A DNA stretch of 64,000 bases from IMG/VR virus record IMGVR_UViG_3300032373_000005. One strand, given 5' to 3'. Both the position numbers and the translations under genes were made by a program. Shown one piece after another: positions 9,628-19,055 of the stretch; position 1 is the first letter of the stretch; every line of letters begins with the position of its first letter. This DNA is from an uncultured virus (IMG/VR IMGVR_UViG_3300032373_000005). Taxonomy: Duplodnaviria; Heunggongvirae; Uroviricota; Caudoviricetes. The notes under the pieces were generated by a model, which saw nothing but the letters and a program-made list of their open reading frames with translations, was not told the DNA's origin and ran no database searches.

Positions 9628-9679
9628 CCTACTGTCAGTAGACTACCCGCACCGTGTGGGCTTGTCTACTATGAGTAGG
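9628..9679 (-). promoter_or_regulatory. leftward sigma70-type promoter overlapped by two operators
   Basis: TAGACA (9668-9663), 17 bp, TAGTCT (9645-9640); operators CTACT-N3-AGTAG at 9629-9641 and 9666-9678. Confidence 0.75.
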
Positions 9680-9712
9680 AGATTTCAGACAAAAAAAGGG
9701 ACCGGACAGACA

Positions 9713-9889
9713 ATGAGCACGCCGTCACCGAACCACCAGAAGGCGCGTCTGTGGCGCCTGATAGAGCGGCTACCAGATGATCTGAGCGTGCTGCAAAGGG
9801 TAGAGCGCGAGCTACTCCGCCTCGCTCATCTCCAGCCAGGAGATGAGGATGCCACGAGCGCCAGGGGTAACTCTGGGAAGGGCGCGTAG
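9713..9889 (+). CDS. small helical protein convergent with the repressor
   Basis: 58 aa amphipathic sequence; overlaps the repressor 3' end on the opposite strand. Confidence 0.4.
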   Translation: MSTPSPNHQKARLWRLIERLPDDLSVLQRVERELLRLAHLQPGDEDATSARGNSGKGA

Positions 9890-10168
9890 GACGCGCGCAC
9901 CGAGCCCTGAAAGCTCAGGCGGCAGCTCGTGGGCGGCCTCGATGACCTGCTCTCGCTCCTCGCTCACGTCGTAGCGTAGGGAGCCGTCGAAGGTCGCCCC
10001 GAGAGAGGCGGCGAGGCGCTGCACCGTCTCGATCGTGGTGTTGTGGCCCTTCTCGATCTTCCAGACGGCCTTTCCGGTCATTCCGGCCTGGCGGCCCAAC
10101 TCGTTTTGTGACCAGCCCCGCGCCTCGCGGGCCTCTCGGATCTGCAAATGAATGGGCTTCGTGCTCAT
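9812..10168 (-). CDS. XRE-family HTH repressor (CI-like, no peptidase domain)
   Basis: IREAREARGWSQNELG...KIEKG HTH; divergent from the Cro-like gene. Confidence 0.85.
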   Translation of the reverse strand: MSTKPIHLQIREAREARGWSQNELGRQAGMTGKAVWKIEKGHNTTIETVQRLAASLGATFDGSLRYDVSEEREQVIEAAHELPPELSGLGARVLRALPRVTPGARGILISWLEMSEAE

Positions 10169-10193
10169 GTCCTGCTTTTAAGACATTCGCTCG

Positions 10194-10244
10194 CCTACTC
10201 TTAGTAGACGAGCGCCGGACATTGTGGTATCTACTGAGGGTAGG
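10194..10244 (+). promoter_or_regulatory. rightward operator pair and putative promoter
   Basis: CTACTcttAGTAG 10195-10207 and CTACTgagGGTAG 10231-10243; TAGACG -35-like at 10205. Confidence 0.7.
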
Positions 10245-10252
10245 AGGTGAGC

Positions 10253-10459
10253 ATGACGCTCGGCCAGCAAGTCAGGACCGCCCGCGAAGCGAAGGGGCTC
10301 TCCCAGAGAGCGCTGGGGGAACTGGTTGGGGTCACCGACAAGATGATCTCGAAGATCGAGCGCGAACACACGACCACCAGCGGCGTCATCGAGCGCCTCG
10401 CCGGTGCTCTTGGTGTCCGCATCACTTTCGGTGACGAGAGCCAGCGCACAGCAGCCTGA
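10253..10459 (+). CDS. cro: Cro-like XRE HTH protein
   Basis: VRTAREAKGLSQRALG...SKIE; AGGAGG SD. Confidence 0.85.
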   Translation: MTLGQQVRTAREAKGLSQRALGELVGVTDKMISKIEREHTTTSGVIERLAGALGVRITFGDESQRTAA

Positions 10460-10975
10460 CGCCCTCCCCCTTCTCACGGCACCGAGCAGGGCCTGCCCCG
10501 CCCGCATTGATGCTTGGTGCCACCCTCTCGCCGCTCCTCTCCCACCCATCCCCGCGAGCTTCCCATTGCCCTCACCCCTCACAGCGCAGAAGACCTCCGA
10601 CGCTGCGGGGGGTGAGGGCACCCCCCTCGACCTCATCGAGGAGCGCGCCACCGTCAACGACGCAGCGCTTGACCCTCGCCTGGGCGTCTCCTGGGGTGAG
10701 CCCGCGGTGTCCCTGCCGCCCCGGCTGTCCAGCGTCCAGCTCGTCGAGATGCGGCGAATGGCACAGGCGCGCAACCTGGAGGCCCTCCACCGCCTCGGCG
10801 ACATGGGGGAGGAGGAGCTTGATCGACGACTGGCGGAGCTGGGCACGCAGCCTGCACCGCTGTCGGCCGAGACCAACCCGGCGCACAGCGCCACCGCGGG
10901 GGACGGTCTCCCCCAACGACAAAACGCCTCGGTCGGGATGGCAGTCCCATGTGACCGAGGCGCTGAGAGCTTCAT

Positions 10976-11206
10976 ATGCACGATAACACCCGTTTCCCCG
11001 TGAGGGAAGCAACAAGCCGGACGGGTACCGTCCACCTCATCGACGGCCCAGCTTTCCAGGGCATGATCGCCACAGCGGGCCTGGTCCTCGCCTGGGCGTT
11101 GACAGCCGCTGGCCTGCTCCCCCCGAGCATGGATGTCCTCCTCCTCCCGGCTGCCCTGCTGGGCAGCGGCGGCGTGGTCGCGGCGATGGCTGGGGGTGTG
11201 CTGTGA
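10976..11206 (+). CDS. small membrane protein
   Basis: Two hydrophobic segments; GTGA overlap with the next gene. Confidence 0.5.
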   Translation: MHDNTRFPVREATSRTGTVHLIDGPAFQGMIATAGLVLAWALTAAGLLPPSMDVLLLPAALLGSGGVVAAMAGGVL

Positions 11207-12390
11207 GCGGCGCTGTCACCCGAGGGATTGGCGAGTTCTGGACCCCCCAGCCCGAGCGCTTCGGCAAGCTGTTGTGGGAGTCCAAGCCCTTCCACAAGAA
11301 CAACAAGGCGGAGGACTACGAGGTCTGGATGGTGGTCTTCTGGCTGCTGAAGACGGGCCGCCAGTTCACCAGCAAATCCATCTGGCAGTGGGCCGGCCGC
11401 TCCAACCGCTTCGTCAAGCCCATCATTGAGCAGGTCCAGGCAGCCTTCGCACAGTGGGCACGCGCCGAGGGCGCGCACTCGGCACGCACACCGAAAGCAC
11501 TCAAGAAGCACACCCCGCAGCGCGACATGGCCGCCTCTGTAGACGAGGCGTGCACACCAAAAGCACTCAAAAAGCACACCCCAAGCACACCCCCTGTCTC
11601 TACCTCCGCGCGCGCGACAACAGACAACAAACAACAAAAACAACAATCCTCCTCCTCTACGAAGGCTTCCACCTCTGAGGCGGCTGGGACGACAGCCGCA
11701 CCGGTCGCCGAGCAGATCCCTGAGCCCGCCGAGGCGCCTGCCCCCGCCCCAGAGCCGATCCCGATGCCTCCCGCAGAGGAGACCGATGGCGTGATGGAGG
11801 AGGAGACTTCTCCAGAAGCTGATCCCAGGCAGCTCAAGCTGGAGGTCGCCTTCGCCGCGGTGGGTAACCACACCCGGCTGGCAGGGACCGCGCTGTGGAT
11901 GCTGGGGATGCGGCGGCTGGGAGACCTCGCTGTGCTGCAGAGCCGCGGGGATCTGTGCGGTCAGCTTGAGGGGCTCCGAAGCGGGAGCAGCTCGCATCCC
12001 AAGCTGGTGCCGGTGCTGGAGGCGGTCGCTACCGGCAAGGGCATCGCTCGGATCGCCAGCACGGCACAGGCTGTGCTCCGGTACCACGGGCTCGCTTACG
12101 AGGGGGCGACAAGCAGCGCCCAGGCGGCACCCCTCAAGCCGTGGGAGGAGCCCTGCCGGGACGCGCCGCAGGATGTCGCAGGGGACGCGCTGCCCTTCTT
12201 CTTGGCGAGCCAGTACCTCGTGATCGAGGACATCTGGCCGCGCATCCAGCAGGCCGGCGGTGGGTGGCCTGAGTTGCGGGGGTGGCTTGATGCTCGCGTC
12301 CAGCAGCCGGATCTCGTCGTCGAGGCGATCCGCACCAATCACCCCGCCCTCGGCGGCGACCCGTTCGCGGCGACGGAGCTGGCAGCATGA
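11203..12390 (+). CDS. putative replication initiator (lambda O-like position)
   Basis: Directly upstream of DnaB; internal iteron-like repeats. Confidence 0.6.
   Translation: MSGAVTRGIGEFWTPQPERFGKLLWESKPFHKNNKAEDYEVWMVVFWLLKTGRQFTSKSIWQWAGRSNRFVKPIIEQVQAAFAQWARAEGAHSARTPKALKKHTPQRDMAASVDEACTPKALKKHTPSTPPVSTSARATTDNKQQKQQSSSSTKASTSEAAGTTAAPVAEQIPEPAEAPAPAPEPIPMPPAEETDGVMEEETSPEADPRQLKLEVAFAAVGNHTRLAGTALWMLGMRRLGDLAVLQSRGDLCGQLEGLRSGSSSHPKLVPVLEAVATGKGIARIASTAQAVLRYHGLAYEGATSSAQAAPLKPWEEPCRDAPQDVAGDALPFFLASQYLVIEDIWPRIQQAGGGWPELRGWLDARVQQPDLVVEAIRTNHPALGGDPFAATELAA
11475..11646. repeat. iteron-like 11-bp periodic repeats plus A-rich tract (putative origin)
   Basis: GCAC(A/T)C units at 11-bp spacing in two blocks, then ACAACAGACAACAAACAACAAAAACAACAA. 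Confidence 0.6.
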
Positions 12391-13883
12391 GCGCCATCGT
12401 TGACTTCAAGAAGAGGAAGCAGCGGCGCCGCGAGCGCCGCGAGGAACCGCCCCACAACTTCAAGGCCGAGCGTGCAGTGCTCGGCGCCATGATGGTGGAT
12501 CAAGCAGCCGCCAGAGAGGCGCTCGCAGAGCTTGAGCCGGGGGATTTCTATCGGGAGGCACACACCAACCTCTTCGAGCTGATGGGTGAGATGCACGAAG
12601 ACGGCAAGCCGATCAGCTCCGACTCTGTCATCACCACCATCGAGACCGAAGAGTTCGATGCCGACGAGTACGGCGGCTACTCCTACATCTCCGCCATCGC
12701 GGACAAGATCCCCAGCAGCGAAAACGTCGGCTACTACTGCCGTGTCGTCGCCGACCTCCGGGTCCGTCGTGATGTGCTGCACGCCCTGGACAGCCTGACA
12801 GAGGGCACTCGCAGCGGCGGCATGACGTTGCCGGAGGTCTCCGAGGGCCTGGCGAAGCTGGTGGGGGAGTCGTCTGGGCGGTCCTCGTCGGGTGTAGCGA
12901 CCATCGGAGAGCTGTCGCGCAGCTTCTGGGCACGCGTCGAGCAAGAGGCTGCAGGTGAGCGCCGTGCCTACCTGCCGACCGGCATGGCTGTGCTCGACAA
13001 CGACGCCCGCTTCGGGGGTTGGTCTCCCGAGGGCATGACGATCGTCATCGGCGCGTCTGGCATGGGCAAGACCAGCCTGCTCAACCGGGCCGCGCTCGGC
13101 ATGGTCGACCAGGGCTACCACGTCGGTCTGTACGGCACAGAAACCCCGTCACGTCGCCGCTGGAACGATCTGGTGTCCAGCGTGGCAGGCATCAACATGC
13201 GGAAGTGGAACTCGATGTCGTCGCAGCGCGCGACTGCCTACGAGCGGCTGTCGCCGAGCCAGCGCGCGAAGCAGCATGTGCTGCCGCACGAGCAGGCGAT
13301 GCGGGCGATGCTCGATGCGAAGTACCAGGCCGCCGAGCGGGTCGATCCCCTGCCGCTCCACATCATCGACACCGGCCTGACTGTCGACGAGTTCGCCGTC
13401 AAGGTTCGGCAACTACACCGCCGCGGGCTGCTGCAGGCAGTCATCGCCGACTACCTCCAGGGATTTGTCGCCAGCCGTCGCGTCAAGGGCAACAAGATCG
13501 ATCAGGTCGGCCACACCTCTAAGGTGCTCGCCGACCTCTCCGCCGAGCTGGAGATTCCAATCATCGTCGGCGCACAGCGCAGCGGCGAGAAGCAGATCCA
13601 CCTCTCCGAGCAGTCGAAGGACTTCGAGATCCTGCGCCCGACAAAGTCGGACGTGCAGTATTCGTCGGCCGCGCACCAGGACGCCGAGGAGGTCTACAGC
13701 CTCTACCGCTACGACTACTACGCCGAGGACTACCCGCATCTTGCCCACAAGCTGCCAGGGCGACCGGGCGTCATTGAGCTGATCGCCCGCAAGCGTCGAA
13801 ACGGGTCGAAGCCAACGTGGCACCTGCCGTTTCACGGCCCGAGCAAGTGGGTCGGAGACCGCAACGGCTGGGGGATTCGATGA
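12387..13883 (+). CDS. dnaB: replicative DNA helicase, DnaB family
   Basis: PPHN..AERAVLG N-domain, GASGMGKT Walker A, IADYLQ, HQDAEEV. Confidence 0.92.
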   Translation: MSAIVDFKKRKQRRRERREEPPHNFKAERAVLGAMMVDQAAAREALAELEPGDFYREAHTNLFELMGEMHEDGKPISSDSVITTIETEEFDADEYGGYSYISAIADKIPSSENVGYYCRVVADLRVRRDVLHALDSLTEGTRSGGMTLPEVSEGLAKLVGESSGRSSSGVATIGELSRSFWARVEQEAAGERRAYLPTGMAVLDNDARFGGWSPEGMTIVIGASGMGKTSLLNRAALGMVDQGYHVGLYGTETPSRRRWNDLVSSVAGINMRKWNSMSSQRATAYERLSPSQRAKQHVLPHEQAMRAMLDAKYQAAERVDPLPLHIIDTGLTVDEFAVKVRQLHRRGLLQAVIADYLQGFVASRRVKGNKIDQVGHTSKVLADLSAELEIPIIVGAQRSGEKQIHLSEQSKDFEILRPTKSDVQYSSAAHQDAEEVYSLYRYDYYAEDYPHLAHKLPGRPGVIELIARKRRNGSKPTWHLPFHGPSKWVGDRNGWGIR

Positions 13884-13950
13884 ATTCGCTCAAGGACATC
13901 GTCGCCACCTGTGCCGGCCACAAGCTGGTCCTCGACCAGAAGGGGGCAGC

Positions 13951-14391
13951 ATGAGCGTCTCCACCTTCTGCCGCGTCCTCGTCTTCGGCGGTCGCGACTA
14001 CATCGACGCCGCCCACGTCTTCGGAGCGCTCGATGCGCTCGACACCCGCCGCCGCATCGACGTGATCGTCCACGGCGCCTGTGGGCTGTGCTCCTGCCTG
14101 CACAAGGACTGCCGCTTCAACGAGCAGACCGGCGCCGACGAGCTGGCGGAGCAGTGGGCCTGGGCGCGCAGCCGGCACATCGACCCGCACCCGGCCAACT
14201 GGCACCCCGGCCGCGACCTGGCCGTCGACCGCAGCGCCGGCCCCCGCCGCAACGCCGCGATGGTCCGCAGCGGCATCGCTGTCGCCGTGCGGTTCCCCGG
14301 CGGCAAGGGCAGCGAGGACATGGCCCGCCGCTGCCGCGACCACAGCATCCGCCTGTGGGCACCGCCCACGAGCTTTCGGAGGACGGCATGA
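13951..14391 (+). CDS. YspA/SLOG family (DUF2493-like) protein
   Basis: RVLVFGGRDY, IVHGA, GADELA, AGPRRN, FPGGKGS. Confidence 0.8.
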   Translation: MSVSTFCRVLVFGGRDYIDAAHVFGALDALDTRRRIDVIVHGACGLCSCLHKDCRFNEQTGADELAEQWAWARSRHIDPHPANWHPGRDLAVDRSAGPRRNAAMVRSGIAVAVRFPGGKGSEDMARRCRDHSIRLWAPPTSFRRTA

Positions 14392-14609
14392 CCACCACCG
14401 CCGAGTGCGCCGAGGCCATCCTTCGCGCCTACCCCGAGGGCTACAGCGACATCGACCCGCGCCGCCTGTCTGAGGAAGAGATCCACCTCCTCCTCCCTGT
14501 GGTGGTCGCGGCCCTGCACGCGCTGGAGGCCGGCCTCGACCCGCGGCGCATCATCCAGGCCGCCGCTGCTGTCACCGACCACAGCCGCAAGGCCCGGAGG
14601 GTCGCATGA
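14388..14609 (+). CDS. hypothetical protein
   Basis: ATGA overlaps; GGAGG SD. Confidence 0.6.
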   Translation: MTTTAECAEAILRAYPEGYSDIDPRRLSEEEIHLLLPVVVAALHALEAGLDPRRIIQAAAAVTDHSRKARRVA

Positions 14610-14797
14610 CGCCGAGAACCTACGCCGAGCTGGTCGCCGAGAACGCGCGCCAGCGGGTGCGACTCGTCGAGCTGACGGTCGACCGCGAGGAGCTCGCCGC
14701 CCGCAACGGCGACCTGCTGGAGCAGGTGCGTCACCTCGCCGCGGAGCTGGCCGCGGAGCGATCCAGCCAGACCCAGACCACCACGGAGGCAGCATGA
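14606..14797 (+). CDS. small coiled-coil protein
   Basis: ATGA overlaps at both ends. Confidence 0.6.
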   Translation: MTPRTYAELVAENARQRVRLVELTVDREELAARNGDLLEQVRHLAAELAAERSSQTQTTTEAA

Positions 14798-15837
14798 GCA
14801 CCACCGACTGGACCACCTACGCCGCTGCCGCAGAGCAGACCGGCCTGTCCCTGCGCCAGCTTCGCCGGCACGTCCGCGCGGGCGCGATCACCACCAAGAG
14901 GCAGGGCCGATACCGCCTGCTGCGGTCTGCGGACCTGGCGCCGTACACCCCCGCCGCCGCCTGCGAGGTCGTGCCGGTCTGTGTCGGCGAGGTGACCCTG
15001 CAGGGTCTGCGGTTCGGGGAGGAGGAGGTGATCGCCACCCGCCTCATCGAGGAGGCTCTGGGCTACGACGACGGCTCCCTGCGAGACCTCATCCGCCGCG
15101 CGTGGAGCGATGAATTTGAGGAGGGCACCCACTACCGGCTGCTCGGCTCCTCCGAGATGGGAGCGCTTGACCGGACGCTCCGCCGGGATGATCGGCAGAC
15201 CGTCCGCCTCCCCTCCCTGCATGTGCTCACCGAGCAGGGCGTGGCGCTGGTCCTGATGAAGTCAGGCAAGGAGCCGGCCGCCCGGCTGCGCGTCGCCCTC
15301 GCCGAGACCGGCTTCATGCGCGCGGTCGCTCGCGCGGTGATGGCCGAGGACGCCCAGGCGCTGACGCAGACGCTGGCGGCCCCGGTGCCGACCGCCCTCG
15401 ACACCCTCGCCCTGACGCTGCAGCAGATGCAGGCAGCGAGCCAGGAGCAGAGCGCCGCCATCCTGGCCCTGCTCCAGCAGCAGTCGGCTCGGCTGGATCG
15501 GCTGGAGCAGGCACCGCCCCGGCCGGCTGAGCTACCGGCGACCCAGCCGGCTGTCAGCCCTCCGCCGTCGTGGGGCCGATGCACGCTGCGGGCTGAGCGG
15601 ATCGCGCAGATGCTGGGCCAGCGCCTGCCAAAATTCCGCAACAACCCCTCCCTCGTCCACCAGATCGCACGCGACCTCGGCTTGAAGGGGCTCTACGAAG
15701 AAGGGAAGCACGGCTACGCCGAGCGCCGCGACGACCTGGGCGCCTACCCCGTCTGGCTGTTCAGCCCGGCGGCCGTCCGCATGATCGAGGACCAGAGCCG
15801 CAACCTCGGCCACCTCGACTTCGGGGGGAGAGCATGA
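14794..15837 (+). CDS. antirepressor-like DNA-binding protein
   Basis: N-terminal excisionase-like HTH; LGY...EFEEGTHY...LTEQGVALVLMKS resembles antirepressor N-domains. Confidence 0.6.
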   Translation: MSTTDWTTYAAAAEQTGLSLRQLRRHVRAGAITTKRQGRYRLLRSADLAPYTPAAACEVVPVCVGEVTLQGLRFGEEEVIATRLIEEALGYDDGSLRDLIRRAWSDEFEEGTHYRLLGSSEMGALDRTLRRDDRQTVRLPSLHVLTEQGVALVLMKSGKEPAARLRVALAETGFMRAVARAVMAEDAQALTQTLAAPVPTALDTLALTLQQMQAASQEQSAAILALLQQQSARLDRLEQAPPRPAELPATQPAVSPPPSWGRCTLRAERIAQMLGQRLPKFRNNPSLVHQIARDLGLKGLYEEGKHGYAERRDDLGAYPVWLFSPAAVRMIEDQSRNLGHLDFGGRA

Positions 15838-16391
15838 CCGTCCTGCCCTTCGTCCTCCGCAGCCTCGACCACTACCACCTCGGCGTCGAGCGGGGCTTCG
15901 ACGCCGAGCGCGTGACCAGCACTCATTGGTGCCTCACCGAGTCGGGCCGCTGGTTCCTCGTCGAGGAGGACCGCCACGGCTGCTACTACGAGATCCGCCG
16001 GCTGACTCCCGCCGAGCAGCGCATCGCCGAGACCTATCGGCCTGCTCCCGCCGACCACCGCTGCAGCCGCGACCTCGCCATCGTGCGCGGCGACCTGCTG
16101 CCCACCGACGACGTGGACCCCACCGAGGTGCTCGGCGCCGCGCCGTGCGTGGTGGTCTCCTTCGACGCTCCCCGCAGAAGATCCTCCTCCCCCCCTCCGC
16201 CGAGACTGGTGGCCGTCTCCACGAAGACGCCCGCCCCGGTGGCCCCTGCGCTCCCCGCCGCTGACGCTTCCACCACCGCAGAGTGCTCATCTTCGGCTCT
16301 GCGAGGTGCTTGCGACGTGACAGATCCCCGCGACAGCGGCGGGAGAGCGCACCTTTCCGTCCTCAAGCTGATCATCGAAGGAGGCGCGTGA
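15834..16391 (+). CDS. hypothetical protein
   Basis: Coupled at both ends. Confidence 0.55.
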   Translation: MTVLPFVLRSLDHYHLGVERGFDAERVTSTHWCLTESGRWFLVEEDRHGCYYEIRRLTPAEQRIAETYRPAPADHRCSRDLAIVRGDLLPTDDVDPTEVLGAAPCVVVSFDAPRRRSSSPPPPRLVAVSTKTPAPVAPALPAADASTTAECSSSALRGACDVTDPRDSGGRAHLSVLKLIIEGGA

Positions 16392-17365
16392 TGCCTCACT
16401 ACACCACCAAAGACCTCGGCGCGCTGGCCGAGAAGATCGGCGACTGTGAACTGGTTGTCAGTGTCTCCGGGGGCAAGGACAGCACGGCGGTCGCTCTGCT
16501 GATGCGGGAGTTGGGTCTCCCCTTCCGAGCCCTCCACCTCTGCACGGGCTGGGAGACAGAGACCACCGACGCCTTTGTCCGTGACGTGCTGCCCGACATC
16601 ATCGGCTGCGACATCGACTTTGCGGCCGCCGATATCGTGCTCGACGAGAAGCGCGCAGCCATCGCGCGGCGCATCGAGTCGCAGGCGATGGGGCTGTCCG
16701 AGGACCAGAGCAGCCCGATGGTGCGGCTGATTCTGAAGCGGGGGATGTTCCCGAGCCGCACGCGGCGGGTCTGTACGCAAGAACTCAAGGTGTTCCCGGC
16801 CGCTGCCTACTACGACTCTCTCGACGCTGACCCGATCTCCGTCGTTGGTGTCCGCGCCGAGGAGTCTGCCCGGCGCGCGAAAATGCCCGAGTGGGAGACG
16901 CAGACGGTGCGCGGCCACGCGCCCATCGAGCAGTGGCGACCGATCATCGACTGGACGCTGGCCGATGTCATCCGCATCCACCGCCGGTACGGGGCACCCC
17001 TCAACGCTGAGTATGACAGCGCCACCCGAGTCGGGTGTATGCCCTGCATCCACGCACGCAAGAGCGACCTGCGGCACCTTGCCGAGCGCTACCCGGCCCG
17101 AGTCGAGGCGATCCGTATGTTGGAGGCTGCGGTCTACGAGATTGCGGCCGAGCGCTATGCAGCCAGAGGGGAGACATTCGAGAGCCTCGGCTACACCGCC
17201 CCCGGCTTTTTCCAGGCCCCGGTCGGTCGTGTCGGCGCAAATTGGTCGATTGACGACATGATCGCCTGGGCGCAGTCCGCGCACGGCCGACCCCGCCAGC
17301 CCGCCCTGCTCCACGAGAGAAGCGGCGGCTGTATGCGCTGGGGCTACTGCGAGCTGGCAAGCTGA
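16391..17365 (+). CDS. PAPS reductase family protein
   Basis: SGGKDS PP-loop, CTQELK, GVRAEES..R, RVGCMPC. Confidence 0.85.
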   Translation: MPHYTTKDLGALAEKIGDCELVVSVSGGKDSTAVALLMRELGLPFRALHLCTGWETETTDAFVRDVLPDIIGCDIDFAAADIVLDEKRAAIARRIESQAMGLSEDQSSPMVRLILKRGMFPSRTRRVCTQELKVFPAAAYYDSLDADPISVVGVRAEESARRAKMPEWETQTVRGHAPIEQWRPIIDWTLADVIRIHRRYGAPLNAEYDSATRVGCMPCIHARKSDLRHLAERYPARVEAIRMLEAAVYEIAAERYAARGETFESLGYTAPGFFQAPVGRVGANWSIDDMIAWAQSAHGRPRQPALLHERSGGCMRWGYCELAS

Positions 17366-17814
17366 TGGCTTCCCTTCGCGACATGCTGCCATCTGAGGAG
17401 TGGTACCTCGGCCGGCTTCACCCCGGCACCGACATCTGGTGGCACAGCCGCACCCCGCCGACCCCGGACTACCCCGCCTGGCGCGCGGAGGGCTCTCCCT
17501 GCCCTGGTGAGCGCATCGAGGACGAGGAGACCGGCGAGGTGACCCACACCGGCTGCCCTGGCCGGCGCGTGCCCTACAAGATCGGCCCAGACGACCACGG
17601 GCTGACCACACCGGCGGAGCTGGCCGAGTGCGGGATGGAGAACACCCCCGACGCCTATGCTGGTAACTGGGTCTGCGACGGTCCCCGCCAGGGCGGGAGC
17701 GGCTGGCACCAGGGCGCCATCGCCATGTCCGAGGTCAAGTCCCACCAGAACGACGAGCCAGCCGCGGCCGAAGGCGACAACGTCGTCCCCCTATTCGGCG
17801 TGGGGACGACCTGA
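17365..17814 (+). CDS. hypothetical protein
   Basis: TGATG coupling; GC3 bias. Confidence 0.6.
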   Translation: MASLRDMLPSEEWYLGRLHPGTDIWWHSRTPPTPDYPAWRAEGSPCPGERIEDEETGEVTHTGCPGRRVPYKIGPDDHGLTTPAELAECGMENTPDAYAGNWVCDGPRQGGSGWHQGAIAMSEVKSHQNDEPAAAEGDNVVPLFGVGTT

Positions 17815-17833
17815 GCCATGAGGAGCCCGACCC

Positions 17834-18214
17834 ATGCCCCCTCCTCCTCCCGATGGCTACGCGCTGCAGTGGGCCACCGTCGCCCTGTGCGTGCTGCTGG
17901 CCGCTGCTGTCGCGGTCCTCACCGTGGAGATCGCCTGCTGGCTGGTGCTCGGCCTGGGGCCGCTGCTCGGCCGCCTGCTGGAGCGGTACAGCCGACCGGT
18001 GCCGCTGTGGCTGTCCGAGGCGGTCGCCCGTGCGGAGCGGGTCTCCCTGCGCTCGGAGCGGTTGCAGTGGGGCTGGCTGGACTGGCTGACCTACCGCACG
18101 CGAGACGCCGGCCTGGATGCGCTCGACGAGCTCGAGGAACGGCTCAGAGAGAGGCGGGCCGATGTTGAAGAGGCTCGAAGACTACGTCGTGAGACTGGCT
18201 GGCCGAGGCGCTGA
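17834..18214 (+). CDS. membrane protein, hypothetical
   Basis: AGGAG SD; N-terminal hydrophobic helices. Confidence 0.55.
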   Translation: MPPPPPDGYALQWATVALCVLLAAAVAVLTVEIACWLVLGLGPLLGRLLERYSRPVPLWLSEAVARAERVSLRSERLQWGWLDWLTYRTRDAGLDALDELEERLRERRADVEEARRLRRETGWPRR

Positions 18215-18692
18215 GCGCGTCGCCCGCCCCCTGCTGCGTCTCGGTCTGCCGCTGCTGCTGGTGTGGGCCGCGCTGTGGAGCGCTGGGCTGGCGCAGGCTG
18301 ACGAGGTCCAGACCGCCACCGACACCCAGGCGCAGCGCATCCGCGCGCTGCTCGAGGAGCATCTCCGCCACCGTGGCCCCGACGCCGGCGCCGAGGTCTG
18401 CACCCTGCGCCCCGGCGGCCAGTACGACGCCCTCGCCCCCTGCGAGCTGGCCGATGCCGACACCGACACCGACACCGACACCCTGATCGAAGACCCGCAG
18501 GTGACCGTCTGCCCCCACTGCGTGGCGCCGCTGCTGTCTCGCACCTGGCGGGGGAGCCTCCCGCGGCAGTTCGTCGAGGTCTACCACTGCGGCGCCGTCT
18601 TCCTGCGCGTCCCCGATGTCGCCGACGACGAGCCCCGCCGCCTGCTCGCCTGCCTGAGACCCGCCACCGCCGACGCCGGCGAGGAGGAGTAG
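18162..18692 (+). CDS. secreted or membrane hypothetical protein with (DT)n tract
   Basis: Signal-like segment ending AQA; DADTDTDTD; CPHC. Confidence 0.55.
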   Translation: MLKRLEDYVVRLAGRGAERVARPLLRLGLPLLLVWAALWSAGLAQADEVQTATDTQAQRIRALLEEHLRHRGPDAGAEVCTLRPGGQYDALAPCELADADTDTDTDTLIEDPQVTVCPHCVAPLLSRTWRGSLPRQFVEVYHCGAVFLRVPDVADDEPRRLLACLRPATADAGEEE

Positions 18693-19055
18693 ATGACCAA
18701 GCAAGAAGCGCTCGACCGTCTCGGGCCTATCGGCTCTTACGTGCTGACTATGGACGACTACCCGATGCCGGTAGCCATCGACGTGCTCTCTCCCAGCGGG
18801 ACGACTCGCCTGTCGTTTTGCGTCCACCTCAACACCGAAGCCTGGCTCGCGATCTGGCTGAAGCTGCCACGAATGCCCGGCAGATTCGTCGTCACCTGGC
18901 GGCTGATGATGACCTCAAACCAGATCGAATTCGAAGAGGACAACGGCAAGCGGACGCCGCATGACTGGCCCGAAGCCAAGGTCGCCGACCTGGAGACCGC
19001 GATCCTCGCGGCGTGGACCCCGCCGCTGGCCGTCGATGCCTCGGAGGAGGAGTAG
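18693..19055 (+). CDS. hypothetical protein, likely inserted
   Basis: Flanked by GAGGAGGAGTAGATG direct repeats. Confidence 0.6.
   Translation: MTKQEALDRLGPIGSYVLTMDDYPMPVAIDVLSPSGTTRLSFCVHLNTEAWLAIWLKLPRMPGRFVVTWRLMMTSNQIEFEEDNGKRTPHDWPEAKVADLETAILAAWTPPLAVDASEEE

Noticed and set aside
10460..11003. Possible gene between cro and the membrane protein
   Set aside because: Part of ORF 10404-11003 looks helical and natural, but I found no convincing start, so it is left uncalled.
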